From an uncultured Gemmatimonadaceae bacterium (GTDB taxonomy: Bacteria; Gemmatimonadota; Gemmatimonadetes; Gemmatimonadales; Gemmatimonadaceae): a stretch of DNA of 64,000 nt. Positions 32,029-43,215 of the stretch are shown here, piece by piece. The notes beneath the pieces were generated by a model that saw only the letters and a program-made list of their open reading frames with translations, searched no databases and had not been told where the DNA came from. Each line of letters starts with the position of its first letter. The stretch's first letter is position 1. The stretch covers positions 64,001-128,000 of the forward strand of contig CAWGJO010000021.1 of the NCBI GenBank assembly GCA_963822945.1, given 5' to 3'. The position numbers and the translations under genes were made by a program.

Positions 32029-33311
32029 ATGAGCAAGCGCGCAAAGTTGTCCGTTTTCGCTGTCATTCTGGTGGTGGTCGCCGGCATCGTAGGGTTGACC
32101 ATCTCCCGGAAATCCAACGCCGGCGTGGAGGTCCGCATCGAGCCGGTGCAGCGAGCCAACCTGGTGGCGTCGGTGACGGCCAGCGGGCAGGTGAGCCCGC
32201 ACACCAAGGTCAACGTCAGCTCCGACGTCTCGGGCAAGATCACGAAGCTCTCCGTGAAGGAGGGCGACATGGTGAAGCAGGGGCAGTTCCTGCTCCAGAT
32301 CGACCCGTCCAACGCCCAGGCCACCGTGAAGCAGTGGGAGGCCAACGTGGCCTCCGCCCGGGCTCAGAATGAACAGGCAAGGGCCAACCTGATGCAGGCC
32401 CAGAGCGCCTACCAGCGCAGCACGGAGTTGCAGAAGGCCAACGCCCAATTCGTGACCCCCGAGCAGATGGAGCAGCTCAAGACGGCCGTGGACGTCAACC
32501 AGGCGCTCGTCCAGTCGTCGGCCCACCAGGTGGATCAGGCGCTCGCCTCGCTCGACAATGCCCGGTCCTCGCTGGCCAAGACCACGATCTACGCCCCGAT
32601 GTCGGGGCGCGTCACGCGGCTCAACGTGGAACAGGGTGAGACCGCGATTCAGGGCACCCTGAACAAGGATGCCGCGACGCTGCTCACGATCAGTGACATG
32701 TCGGAACTGGAGACGAAGGTGAAGGTGGACGAGACCGACGTCTCCCGGATCGCCGTGGGTGATTCGGCCGTCGTCCAGATCGACGCCTTCCCCGACACCA
32801 CGTTCCTGGGCCGCGTGACCGAGATCTCGAACAGCTCGGTGGCCGGCGCCTCCACCGCGGCCGCCAGCTCCGACCAGGCCGTCGACTACGAGGTGACCAT
32901 CCGGCTGCTGAACGCCCCCAAGGACACCCGCCCCGACTTCTCGGCCACCGCCAAGGTGATCACGGCCACCCGCAACAACGTCCTCGCCATCCCGATCATC
33001 GCCCTCACCGTCCGCGAGAACCAGGCGCTGCAGAACGCCGATACGGCGGTCGGGCTGGGTCGCCCCAAACCGAAGGTCGAAGTGGGCAAGAAGGACGTCG
33101 AGGGGGTGTTCGTCGTCGGTGCGGACAACAAAGTGACCTTCCGCCCCGTAAAGGTAGGGATCGCAGGCGAGAAGGACTTCGAGGTCCTCGACGGCCTCAA
33201 GGAAGGCGAGCGCATCGTGGCCGGTACCTATCAGGCCATCCGTGATCTGAAGGACGGAATGGTGGTGCGGGAGACCAAGGTCGACACCAAGAAACCCCAG
33301 GACGGAACCAA

Positions 33312-33315
<4 letters not shown>
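32029..33315 (+). CDS. MacA-like periplasmic adaptor subunit
   Basis: N-terminal anchor; [20 protein letters not shown] lipoyl half; coiled coil; [21 protein letters not shown]. Confidence 0.92.
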
Positions 33316-34109
<794 letters not shown>

Positions 34110-34195
34110 CAACTGCCGGCGCCTGCCGGTCCGGGGCGGCGGGGATCTTCTCCGCCGCCTCGTTAGCTTTCCGGGACCTCCTCGTCCAGCCATCC

Positions 34196-35437
34196 GTGCC
34201 CTTCTACGAAGCCATCCGCCTCGCCATCGCCCAGATCCGGGTGCAGAAGCTCAAGAGCTTCTTCACCGCCCTCGGTGTCATGATCGGGGTCATGTTCCTG
34301 ATCACGGTGGTCTCCATCGTGAGCGGCATGGGCAACTACATGCGGGACGACCTGCTGGGCAAGCTCATCGCGATCAATTCGTTCGAGCTGCGCCAGCGCC
34401 CCAACATCAGCGTCGGCGGGGTCACCGCGGCCGAGCGCCGCGCCTGGCGCCTGCGTCCGCGGATCTACAACTACGACGTCCCCCCGGTGGTGGCGTCGCT
34501 GGCTCCGGGCACGCTCTGGGCCAGCTACAGCGTCTCGGGCCTCACCGTGCAGTCGCGTTACGGCAGCCCGCGCCGCGTGACCGCCTACGGGGTGAGCTCG
34601 CAGTACTTCACGATCAAGCGCATGGACGTCGCGCTCGGGCGCCTGCCCTCGCCGCAGGAGTTCGCCCTCGGGAGCCCGGTCGTGGTGATCGGGAAGGACG
34701 TGCAGGACCACTTCTTCCCGAACCTCAACCCCCTCGGCCGCGAGATCCGCGTGGCCGGGATCCCGTACACCATCATCGGGGTGGCCGAAACGCAGGGGAG
34801 CGCGTTCGGCATGTCCTTCGACGGCTTCCTCGTCGCGCCCGACCGCTCGCCCATCAGCCGGCTGCTCAACCCGCACGGGGTGGTGGACGCCGTCACGGTG
34901 CAGTCGGCTACGGCCGCCGAGATCCCGGCTAACGAGGAGCGGGTACGCGAAGTGATGCGGGCCCGCCACGGGCTGCACCCCGCGGAACCCGATGACTTCG
35001 CCCTGCAGACGTCGGACTCGGCGCTCGCCTTCTGGAACAAGATCCAACACTACCTGGTACTGGCCGGCGTGGCGCTGCCGGCCATCGGGCTCGTCGTGGG
35101 CGCCATCGTGATCATGAACATCATGCTGGTGGCGGTGGCCGAGCGGACCCGCGAGATCGGCATCCGCAAGGCGCTCGGCGCCAAGCGCCGCGACATCCTC
35201 CGCCAGTTTCTCGTGGAGAGCGTCGTGCTGGCAGTGCTCGGCGCCGCACTCGGCGTCGCGCTGGGCTTCGGATTCGCCAAGTTCATTTCGGCGGTGAGCC
35301 CGATGCCGGCCGCGGTCGAACTCTGGTCGGTGGTCCTCGGCGTCTCGGTGGGGGCCGGCGTGGGAATCATAGCCGGGGTGTACCCGGCCAGCCGGGCCGC
35401 CCTGCTCGACCCCATCGCCGCCCTGCGGCAGGAGTAG
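34196..35437 (+). CDS. MacB/FtsX-type ABC permease (type A, pair 1)
   Basis: KLKSFFT TM1; periplasmic domain; IMNIMLVAVAERTREIGIRKALGA; DPIAALRQE. Confidence 0.93.
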   Translation: MPFYEAIRLAIAQIRVQKLKSFFTALGVMIGVMFLITVVSIVSGMGNYMRDDLLGKLIAINSFELRQRPNISVGGVTAAERRAWRLRPRIYNYDVPPVVASLAPGTLWASYSVSGLTVQSRYGSPRRVTAYGVSSQYFTIKRMDVALGRLPSPQEFALGSPVVVIGKDVQDHFFPNLNPLGREIRVAGIPYTIIGVAETQGSAFGMSFDGFLVAPDRSPISRLLNPHGVVDAVTVQSATAAEIPANEERVREVMRARHGLHPAEPDDFALQTSDSALAFWNKIQHYLVLAGVALPAIGLVVGAIVIMNIMLVAVAERTREIGIRKALGAKRRDILRQFLVESVVLAVLGAALGVALGFGFAKFISAVSPMPAAVELWSVVLGVSVGAGVGIIAGVYPASRAALLDPIAALRQE

Positions 35438-35445
35438 GGAGCCCC

Positions 35446-36702
35446 ATGCGCGTACTCCTCGAGACCTGGGCGTTCAATCTGAAGGAAGGCGTGGGAATCG
35501 CCGTCGAGTCGATCCGCTCGAACAAGGTACGGGCCGGCCTCACCATTCTGGGCATCGCCGTCGGCGTCTTCGTGGTGGTCGTCATCTCGGCGTCCATTCA
35601 CGGCATCAACAACAGCGTGGCCAAGGACCTCGAGTCCGCCGGCCCCAAGACGTTCTTCCTGTCGCGATTCCCGATCACGTTCGAGGCGTGCGACGGCACC
35701 GACGCCACCTGCAAGTGGCGGCATAACCCGCCGCTCACGATGGCCGACCAGAAGGCCATCGACGCGTTGCCGGGGGTGCGCGCCGCGGGCGCCCGGCTCG
35801 ACATGTCGCTTCCGGTCAAGTACGCCGACCGCGATCTCAGCGCACCGTCGATCAGCGCCTTCACCTCCAACTGGGTCATCATCGACGGCGGTGGCGATCT
35901 CTATCCGGGGCGCAGCTGGACGCAGGCCGAAGCGAATGCGGGTGACCGGGTGATCGTGATCGACAGCATCATGGCGGCCCGCCTGTTCGACGCATCCGAT
36001 CCCATCGACAAATACATCCAGGTGCGCGGCGAGCAGTTCCGCGTGATCGGCATCTACCACTCCGGCGCGAGCTTCCTGGCCGGCGACGATCCGCACGGAT
36101 ACGTCCCCATCCAGACGGCGCTCCGCGTGCTCAACGCCGGCCGGCGGATGATCGGCATCTCCGTCGTCCCCCGCGAGGCCGTCTCGCGTGACGAGGCGGT
36201 GGACCAGGTCACCGCGCTGATGCGCCAGCGGCACGGGCTGCGCCCGGCCACCGACAACGACTTCGCCGTTATCACCCAGGACAAGCTGTTCGAGACGTAC
36301 AACAAGGTCTTCGGCATGTTCTTCCTGGTCATGCTCGTCCTGTCGGCCATCGGGCTCATCGTCGGCGGCGTGGGCGTGATCGCGATCATGATGATCAGCG
36401 TCACCGAGCGCACCCGGGAGATCGGGGTGCGCAAGGCGCTCGGCGCCACCCGGGCCACCATCCTCTGGCAGTTCCTGGTCGAGGCCATCACCCTCACCGG
36501 CATCGGGGCCGCGATCGGCCTGATCGTCGGAGTCCTGCTTTCGATGCTCGTGCGTGCCGCCACACCCATTCCGGCGTCGGTGCCGCCCTGGGCCATCGCG
36601 GCGGCCCTCGGCACCAGCGCATTCACCGGAATTCTGTTCGGACTGCTGCCGGCGGCGCGTGCCTCGCGGCTGGATCCCGTCGAGGCGCTGCGGTACGAAT
36701 AA
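35446..36702 (+). CDS. MacB/FtsX-type ABC permease (type B, pair 1)
   Basis: NKVRAGLTILG; IMMISVTERTREIGVRKALGA; LDPVEALRYE. Confidence 0.93.
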   Translation: MRVLLETWAFNLKEGVGIAVESIRSNKVRAGLTILGIAVGVFVVVVISASIHGINNSVAKDLESAGPKTFFLSRFPITFEACDGTDATCKWRHNPPLTMADQKAIDALPGVRAAGARLDMSLPVKYADRDLSAPSISAFTSNWVIIDGGGDLYPGRSWTQAEANAGDRVIVIDSIMAARLFDASDPIDKYIQVRGEQFRVIGIYHSGASFLAGDDPHGYVPIQTALRVLNAGRRMIGISVVPREAVSRDEAVDQVTALMRQRHGLRPATDNDFAVITQDKLFETYNKVFGMFFLVMLVLSAIGLIVGGVGVIAIMMISVTERTREIGVRKALGATRATILWQFLVEAITLTGIGAAIGLIVGVLLSMLVRAATPIPASVPPWAIAAALGTSAFTGILFGLLPAARASRLDPVEALRYE

Positions 36703-36954
36703 CCGCTGAATTCCGGAGCATTGGACTAGTCCGATAGCTGCCGCCCACGGGCGGCGCGCACGGGTGGAAACGCGCGAATCCGCGGCGGCGGCGATCCACC
36801 GATCCGGCCTTACGCCGTACCGGCCACTCGGTCATATTCTGGACGTGAGGCCGACGTCGACACCGGCCTCGCATGATGGGGTACCGTGTTGCCCCTCATC
36901 CAGGCGCACGCAGTACCGAGATCGATCATTCCGGCGACAGAGGAGGCGGAGCGT

Positions 36955-37842
36955 ATGAGGCGGGACCGTCTGCTGCGCAAAGGCATGACGTGCGCGGGGG
37001 TGCTCCTCGTACTCGGGGCGGCAAGTCCCGCCGGCGCGCAGAGCGTCGACAGCCTGCGCGCGCGATTCCGGCTCCCCCCGACCCCCGCTGCGGCGCGCCC
37101 TCCGCAGGACTTCGCGCGCTCCGCCCCGGGCAGCAGCGAGAGTTCCCCGTCGGCGTTCGGAGCCAGCTTCGGCGACGGCTTCGTCGGTCTCAGCTACCAG
37201 GCCAGCCTTCGCCACGACGCGAAGATCCAGGACGGCGCGGCATTCGGAGGATTCGGCCTCGGCGATCCCGTGAACGCGGTCGGACTGGAGGTCACGGTGA
37301 CCTCGTACTCCACCCTCCGGAACTCACAGACGCAGCAGACGGGATTCAACTTCATGCGCGTGGGTGGCGTGAGTGCAATGCTGCACCGCCGGCTGCCCGG
37401 CAATTTTGCCATCGCCGTGGGAGCGGAGAACGCACTCCAGTGGGGCACTGGAGGGGACGGCGGGTCGGACATCTACGGCGTGGTTTCCACCGTGCAGCAA
37501 CTCACCACCAACCCCGCCGGTCCGTTCGGCAGCATCACGCTGAATGCGGGGCTGGGAACCGGCCGGTTCCGCCCCTGGATTGGCGACGCATCCAGCGGAC
37601 ATCCGGACACCACGGGCGTCGGCATCTTCGCAAGTGGCGGGCTCCGCCTCGCCTCGAGCACGTCGCTGATCGCGGACTTCAGCGGACAGGATCTCGCCGT
37701 CGGTCTGTCGGTCGCCCCGTTTCCCAATTTTCCGATCGTCTTCAATCCGGCGATGGCCGACGTGTTGGGCCGTGCAAATCCGACAGCGCGATTCGTGTTC
37801 GGTGTCGGGTACGGCTTCCGCTTCTCGCAGTTCTTTCGCTAA
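36955..37842 (+). CDS. Hypothetical outer-membrane beta-barrel protein
   Basis: GAGGAGG RBS; signal peptide; alternating amphipathic strands; aromatic-rich C-terminal strand FVFGVGYGFRF. Confidence 0.75.
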   Translation: MRRDRLLRKGMTCAGVLLVLGAASPAGAQSVDSLRARFRLPPTPAAARPPQDFARSAPGSSESSPSAFGASFGDGFVGLSYQASLRHDAKIQDGAAFGGFGLGDPVNAVGLEVTVTSYSTLRNSQTQQTGFNFMRVGGVSAMLHRRLPGNFAIAVGAENALQWGTGGDGGSDIYGVVSTVQQLTTNPAGPFGSITLNAGLGTGRFRPWIGDASSGHPDTTGVGIFASGGLRLASSTSLIADFSGQDLAVGLSVAPFPNFPIVFNPAMADVLGRANPTARFVFGVGYGFRFSQFFR

Positions 37843-37860
37843 CCCGCATCGAGACCGAGC

Positions 37861-39177
37861 ATGATGGCGACGCGAACGCTGGTCTTCACCGGAACGATCC
37901 TGGGGCTCTGCATGGCCGGTGGCGCCGCCAACGCCCAGCGGGGTGCCGTGTCCGACTTTTCCGGTGCCGGCGTCGCCAGTTCTGCATTCATGGGGGCATT
38001 TCATCCTCGAGCCGCCGGCCAGGCCCGCAATACGGCGCTTTCGGCGTTCGCCGTGCGGGCGTTCGCGTTCAAGCTCGGATCGTCGCTGAACAGTGGAACG
38101 GTGGCGGGGGGCGGCCTCACCACGTCGGGGTTCGGTGTTCAGGCGCTGGGGCAACTCCTGTCCACCGCGGAGCCGGCCCCCGCGGTACGCCGGAAGATCG
38201 CCGACGCCCTACGCCCCAGCGGTGCGCTGCCCGCGCAGATCGACCGGCTGTTGGCGGCCCTCACGGGCCTTCTGGCCACGCCGGCGGCGGGGCCGGTGGA
38301 AGCGGGACCGCGATCCGGATTGCGGCCTGACCGAATCCCGCTGGCAGGGGCCGGCGGCCCCTCGGGCTCAGCCGCCGGCGACGACGATTCCGGACGTCCC
38401 CGGCCGGCCGCCCGCGGGTCGTCCCCGACGGCGCCGCTGTCGAGCGACCCGTCGTCGGTGGCCGTCCAGCGGGCCGCCGCCGCCTTCCGGGACTTCGTGA
38501 ACAGTGCCAGCGCGCAGTACCTCAGCGACCCGCCCGAGGAGTTCCGCGCCATATTCTCCACGCTGTTCGAACTCATCTGCAGCGAGAACGCGGCGTCCGG
38601 GATCAAAGCCACCGCGTGCACGCCACCGAACTACGTGGTCGACCAGCCGCCGCCCGTTCCCCTGGTCAACCGGGACAGCATCGCCGCCGCCGTGCGCGAC
38701 AGCGCCGCCGCCGCGGCGAAGGCGCGCGCCGACTCCTCGGCGGCAGCCGCCGCCCGGGCCCATGCCGACTCCGTCGCGATCGCGACGCGTCGCATGGAAA
38801 CGGAACGCGCTCGGGCCGTGATCGAGACCAAAGTGTTCTTCGACGCCGACCAGTTCGCGCTCGACGCCGATGCCAAGGCGGCCCTGGATGCGAAGATCCC
38901 CGTCCTGAAGGCGAATCCGAACCTCCGCGTCCGGGTCGAGGGCAACGTGGACCCGCAGGAGTCGGGCGCGTTCAACCACCTGCTCGGCAAGTTCCGCGCG
39001 GAACAGGCCCGGAGCTATCTGATTGCCCACGGCGTCGGCGTCAATCGCATCGACATCGTGGACCACGGCGCGTCCCATCCCGTCTGCACCGACCGGCGGG
39101 AGTCGTGCCGGTCGCGCAACCGCCGGGACGACTTCGTCATCGTCGCCGGCGGCGCCCAAATGACGCTCCCGCAATAA
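37861..39177 (+). CDS. OmpA/Pal-like peptidoglycan-binding protein with an uncharacterised helical N-domain
   Basis: Signal peptide; C-terminal VFFD..RVEGNVD..N..LGKFRA..YL..GV..RI..NRR OmpA_C domain. Confidence 0.83.
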   Translation: MMATRTLVFTGTILGLCMAGGAANAQRGAVSDFSGAGVASSAFMGAFHPRAAGQARNTALSAFAVRAFAFKLGSSLNSGTVAGGGLTTSGFGVQALGQLLSTAEPAPAVRRKIADALRPSGALPAQIDRLLAALTGLLATPAAGPVEAGPRSGLRPDRIPLAGAGGPSGSAAGDDDSGRPRPAARGSSPTAPLSSDPSSVAVQRAAAAFRDFVNSASAQYLSDPPEEFRAIFSTLFELICSENAASGIKATACTPPNYVVDQPPPVPLVNRDSIAAAVRDSAAAAAKARADSSAAAAARAHADSVAIATRRMETERARAVIETKVFFDADQFALDADAKAALDAKIPVLKANPNLRVRVEGNVDPQESGAFNHLLGKFRAEQARSYLIAHGVGVNRIDIVDHGASHPVCTDRRESCRSRNRRDDFVIVAGGAQMTLPQ

Positions 39178-39265
39178 CACCGGCGGCCGCGGCCGCCCCG
39201 ATTGACACCTGGCAGGACGCCCGTCCGTAGGGGGAGCATCGACTCACTCCCAGCCGTGGGGCGCC

Positions 39266-40510
39266 GTGCAATTCTTTGAATCCATCCGTCTGGCCATCGC
39301 CCAGATCCGGGTCCAGAAGCTGAAGAGTTTCTTCACGCTGCTCGGCGTGATGATCAGCGTGACCTTCCTGATCGCGGTCGTCTCGATCGTGCAGGGAATG
39401 AGCGTCTACGTCGAGCAGGACTTCGCCGGCAAGTTTCTGGGAATCAACACCTTCAACCTCCGTCCGTACCCCGACATCCAAACGGGGAACGTCACGGATG
39501 CCGAGTGGAAGGAGTGGCAGGAACGGCCGAAGATCTCGGTCAGCGATGGCCTGGCCGTGAAGGCCGCCCTGCCCGACGGGGCGCGTTGGGCGCTGCAGGA
39601 CATCCGGTGGATGAACGTCAGCTCCCAGTACGCCAGCGGTGGGGCCCAGGTGCTCGCCGAAGCGGTCTCTCCCCAGTTCTTCGTGATCAAGGATCTCCAG
39701 ATCGTCGAGGGACGGGCCTTCACGGAGGAGGAGGACGCCCTCGGCGCGAACGTCGCGGTGATCGGGGACGCACTGGCCAAGGAGTACTTCCCCAACCTCG
39801 ACCCGATCGGCCGGACGATCCGGATCGGCCGCTTTCCGTTCGAGGTGATCGGCGTGCTGGCCCACCAGGGAACGGTGTTCGGGCTCAACCTCGACCGCCA
39901 GGTCCAGGCGCCCTTCAATTCCGAGCTCTCGCGGGTGACGGGCGGCCGCCGGAATCTGTACGGCGTGCTGGTGCAGTCCCCCACGGCCGACACGTACCAA
40001 CCGATTGAAGAGCTGGTGCGCGAGGTCATGCGCCGGCGGCACCAACTCCACCCGGCGCAGAAGGACAACTTCGTGTTGGAGAGTTCCGCGTCGGCGCTGG
40101 CCCAGTGGGAGACGATCAAGAAGTACCTCGTGCTGGCCGGCATCGTACTCCCGGCCATCGGTCTCGTGGTGGGCGCCATCGTGATCATGAACATCATGCT
40201 GGTGGCGGTGGCCGAGCGCACGCGCGAAATCGGCATTCGCAAGTCGCTCGGCGCGCGCCGCCGCGACATCCTGTCGCAATTCCTGGTGGAGAGCGCCACG
40301 CTGAGCGCCTTGGGTGCGCTCATGGGGGTGGGGCTCGGCATCGGACTGGCCAAGCTCGTCGCGCTGGTGTCGCCGCTGCCGGCCGCCGTGGCGCCCTGGT
40401 CCATCGCCCTCGCCGTGGGCGTGGGCGCCGGAGTCGGCATCATCGCCGGCGCCTATCCGGCCAGCCGTGCCTCGCGACTCGACCCCATTCTCGCCATCCG
40501 CACCGACTGA
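39266..40510 (+). CDS. MacB/FtsX-type ABC permease (type A, pair 2)
   Basis: IRLAIAQIRVQKLKSFFT (identical to 34196); ERTREIGIRKSLGA. Confidence 0.93.
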   Translation: MQFFESIRLAIAQIRVQKLKSFFTLLGVMISVTFLIAVVSIVQGMSVYVEQDFAGKFLGINTFNLRPYPDIQTGNVTDAEWKEWQERPKISVSDGLAVKAALPDGARWALQDIRWMNVSSQYASGGAQVLAEAVSPQFFVIKDLQIVEGRAFTEEEDALGANVAVIGDALAKEYFPNLDPIGRTIRIGRFPFEVIGVLAHQGTVFGLNLDRQVQAPFNSELSRVTGGRRNLYGVLVQSPTADTYQPIEELVREVMRRRHQLHPAQKDNFVLESSASALAQWETIKKYLVLAGIVLPAIGLVVGAIVIMNIMLVAVAERTREIGIRKSLGARRRDILSQFLVESATLSALGALMGVGLGIGLAKLVALVSPLPAAVAPWSIALAVGVGAGVGIIAGAYPASRASRLDPILAIRTD

Positions 40511-40511
40511 C

Positions 40512-41765
40512 ATGAAGAACATCGTCGCCAGAGTCTCGGCTCTCTTCGAGGGCATCCTGATGGCCCTCGACTCGATCCGCTCCAACCGGGTGCGAGCCGG
40601 GCTCACCATTCTCGGCATCGCCGTCGGCGTGTTCGTGGTCACGGTCATGTCGGCCGCGGTTCACGGCATCAACGCCGGCGTGTCCAAGAGCATCGCCGCC
40701 GCTGGGCCGAACACCTTCTTCATCACGCGCTGGCCCGCGCAGATCAACAGCTGCACCGGGTCGGCCGATTCCTGTCCCTGGCGGCATAATCCGTCGCTCA
40801 CCCTGGCCCAGGCCAAGTTGATCGCGGCCCTGCCCGACGTACAGGAAGTGACGGCCCACGTGGGGAGCAACGCCGGCATCAAGTTCGCCGACCGCGAACT
40901 GAACGGCGTGAGCGTGAATGCCTACACGCCCGGCTGGTTCGACGTGTCGGGCGGCGACATCTCGCAGGGCCGCGACTTCACGCCTCAGGAGAACGACGCC
41001 GGCGCGGCGGTCGCCCTGGTGAATACCAAGATCGTCGACCGTCTCGCCCTGGGGGCCGACCCGGTCGGGAAGCACGTGCGCCTGGGTGGCCAGGACTTCA
41101 CGATCATCGGCGTCTACAACCCGATTCCCAACGCCTTCGCCAGCGGGGACAACGGGCTCGTCGTGGTCCCGATTCTCACGGCATACCGCCGGCTGAACTT
41201 CAGCCTGCGGTGGTTGGACCTGACCGTGAAACCCGTGGCCGGCGCGAATCGCGACGCGGCCATGGACCAGGTGATCGCGCAGTTGCGCGTCAACCGCCAT
41301 CTCCGCCCGGCCACGGAGAACGACTTCTTCGTTTCGACGCCGGAGAAGATCATGGAGCTGTACAACAAGATCGTCGGCGTGTTCTTCCTGGTGATGATCA
41401 CCCTCTCCGCCATCGGCCTGTTGGTGGGCGGCGTGGGCGTGGTGGCGATCATGATGATCAGTGTCACCGAGCGCACGCGGGAGATCGGGGTGCGGAAGGC
41501 GATGGGGGCCACGCGCGGCGTGATCCTCTGGCAGTTCCTCGTCGAGGCCGCCACCCTCACCACGCTCGGCGCCATCGTGGGGCTGGCGGTGGGCGGCGGG
41601 CTCACGTACATCGTCCGCCACGCCACCCCGATCGACGCCACGACCCCCCCGGTGGCAATCCTGATCGCATTACTCGGGAGCGCCTTCGCGGGCATGGTAT
41701 TCGGCATGCTCCCCGCGGCCCGGGCGGCGAGCCTGGATCCAGTGGAAGCGCTGCGATACGAATGA
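40512..41765 (+). CDS. MacB/FtsX-type ABC permease (type B, pair 2)
   Basis: Start ATG 40512; NRVRAGLTILG; ERTREIGVRKAMGA; LDPVEALRYE. Confidence 0.93.
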   Translation: MKNIVARVSALFEGILMALDSIRSNRVRAGLTILGIAVGVFVVTVMSAAVHGINAGVSKSIAAAGPNTFFITRWPAQINSCTGSADSCPWRHNPSLTLAQAKLIAALPDVQEVTAHVGSNAGIKFADRELNGVSVNAYTPGWFDVSGGDISQGRDFTPQENDAGAAVALVNTKIVDRLALGADPVGKHVRLGGQDFTIIGVYNPIPNAFASGDNGLVVVPILTAYRRLNFSLRWLDLTVKPVAGANRDAAMDQVIAQLRVNRHLRPATENDFFVSTPEKIMELYNKIVGVFFLVMITLSAIGLLVGGVGVVAIMMISVTERTREIGVRKAMGATRGVILWQFLVEAATLTTLGAIVGLAVGGGLTYIVRHATPIDATTPPVAILIALLGSAFAGMVFGMLPAARAASLDPVEALRYE

Positions 41766-41820
41766 CGGTGGGACGGTAGGTCGGTAGGTCGGTAGGTCGG
41801 TAGGTCGGTAGGTCGGTAGA
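41766..41820 (+). repeat. 8-bp tandem repeat (CGGTAGGT)x5 plus degenerate flanking copies
   Basis: Perfect copies at 41774-41813, immediately after the permease stop. Confidence 0.95.
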
Positions 41821-41867
41821 ACCGTAACGGCGCATTTGCAGTCAGCAGACGGCTGTCGGCTGACCGC

Positions 41868-41924
41868 CCACAGCCTGTCGTAGCCGTTGCGTCGTTCCAC
41901 AGCCTGTCGTAGCCGTTGCGTCGT
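41868..41924 (+). repeat. 28-bp direct repeat, 2 copies (period 29)
   Basis: CCACAGCCTGTCGTAGCCGTTGCGTCGT at 41868-41895 and 41897-41924. Confidence 0.92.
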
Positions 41925-41964
41925 ATCCCATTCGTCCCTTCCCCGCGGCGTAGTAGCTTTAGTG

Positions 41965-43206
41965 ATGCGCTTCGCCGACGTGCTGCTGACGGCGCTCACG
42001 CAGATCCGGGTGAGCAAGCTGCGCTCGTTCTTCACGCTCCTCGGGATCGTGGTGAGCGTCGCGTTTCTGGTGGCGGTCGTCGCCATCATCCAGGGCATGA
42101 ACGCGTACGTGAAGGAGAACATCGCCGACAACATGGTCGGCGCCAACTCGTTCATGGTCCGGCGCGACCCCATCCAGATCGGACTGATCTCCGACGAGGA
42201 GATGGAGCGGGCCCGCCGGCGCCCCGCCATCACGATGGCCGATGCGGAGGCCGTCGCGGCGGCGCTCCCCGATGCCGAAGCGGTCGGGCTGACCTCCGGA
42301 TACCCGACGCCGCGCTCCGACGTCATCTGGCGCGACCGGACGCTGGGAAGCGTCCTGGTTTTCGGCATCACGCCGCCGTATCAGACGGTGCAGGACTACC
42401 GGTTCACCGCCGGCCAGCCGATCAACGAAATCGATGTCCGCGAGCGGCGATCCGTGATCGCGATCGGAGCGGACGTCGCCAAGAACCTGTTCGCCGGCGT
42501 CTCGCCCGTGGGCCAGACCGTTCGCATCCGCGGCGAGCAGTTCACGGTGGTGGGCGTGATCGCGCCCAAGGGCAGCGTACTCGGGCAGTCGTTCGACGGC
42601 TTTGCGCTGATGCCGATCACGACCTTCGAATCGGTGTACGGCCGGCGCAAGACCACGCAGGTCTCGGTGAAGATGGCCACCGCCGCCGGCATCGAACGCG
42701 GGATGCAGGAGGCCGAGGCTGCGATGCGGGTGGCCCACCATCTGCGCCCGGGCCAGCCCGACGACTTCTCGGTAGAGACCTCCGAGGCGTTCGTCGCCTT
42801 CTGGAAGAAGCTGACCGCCGTGCTGTTCGCGGTCGTCCCGGCCGTCGTGGCCATCGGCATCGTGGTCGGCGGCATCGTGATCATGAACATCATGCTGATG
42901 GCCGTGCGGGAGCGCACGCACGAGATCGGAATCCGCAAATCGGTGGGTGCCACCCAGCGCGACATTCGCCAGCAGTTCCTGGCCGAGGCGATCATGCTGG
43001 CCACGCTCGGCGGCGCCCTGGGCGCGGCCGCCGGATTCATGTTCGCGCAGGCGATCACCATCGTCTCCCCCCTGCCCGCGCGGGTCACGCTCTGGTCGGT
43101 GGGTTTGGCCCTCGCCCTCGGCGCCGGCGTGGGCGTGATCTTCGGTGTGTATCCGGCCGTGCGCGCCGCCCGGCTGGATCCGGTGGCCGCCCTCCACGCC
43201 GACTGA
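41965..43206 (+). CDS. MacB/FtsX-type ABC permease (type A, pair 3)
   Basis: Start ATG 41965; QIRVSKLRSFFT; ERTHEIGIRKSVGA. Confidence 0.93.
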   Translation: MRFADVLLTALTQIRVSKLRSFFTLLGIVVSVAFLVAVVAIIQGMNAYVKENIADNMVGANSFMVRRDPIQIGLISDEEMERARRRPAITMADAEAVAAALPDAEAVGLTSGYPTPRSDVIWRDRTLGSVLVFGITPPYQTVQDYRFTAGQPINEIDVRERRSVIAIGADVAKNLFAGVSPVGQTVRIRGEQFTVVGVIAPKGSVLGQSFDGFALMPITTFESVYGRRKTTQVSVKMATAAGIERGMQEAEAAMRVAHHLRPGQPDDFSVETSEAFVAFWKKLTAVLFAVVPAVVAIGIVVGGIVIMNIMLMAVRERTHEIGIRKSVGATQRDIRQQFLAEAIMLATLGGALGAAAGFMFAQAITIVSPLPARVTLWSVGLALALGAGVGVIFGVYPAVRAARLDPVAALHAD

Positions 43207-43215
43207 CGGCTGCCG

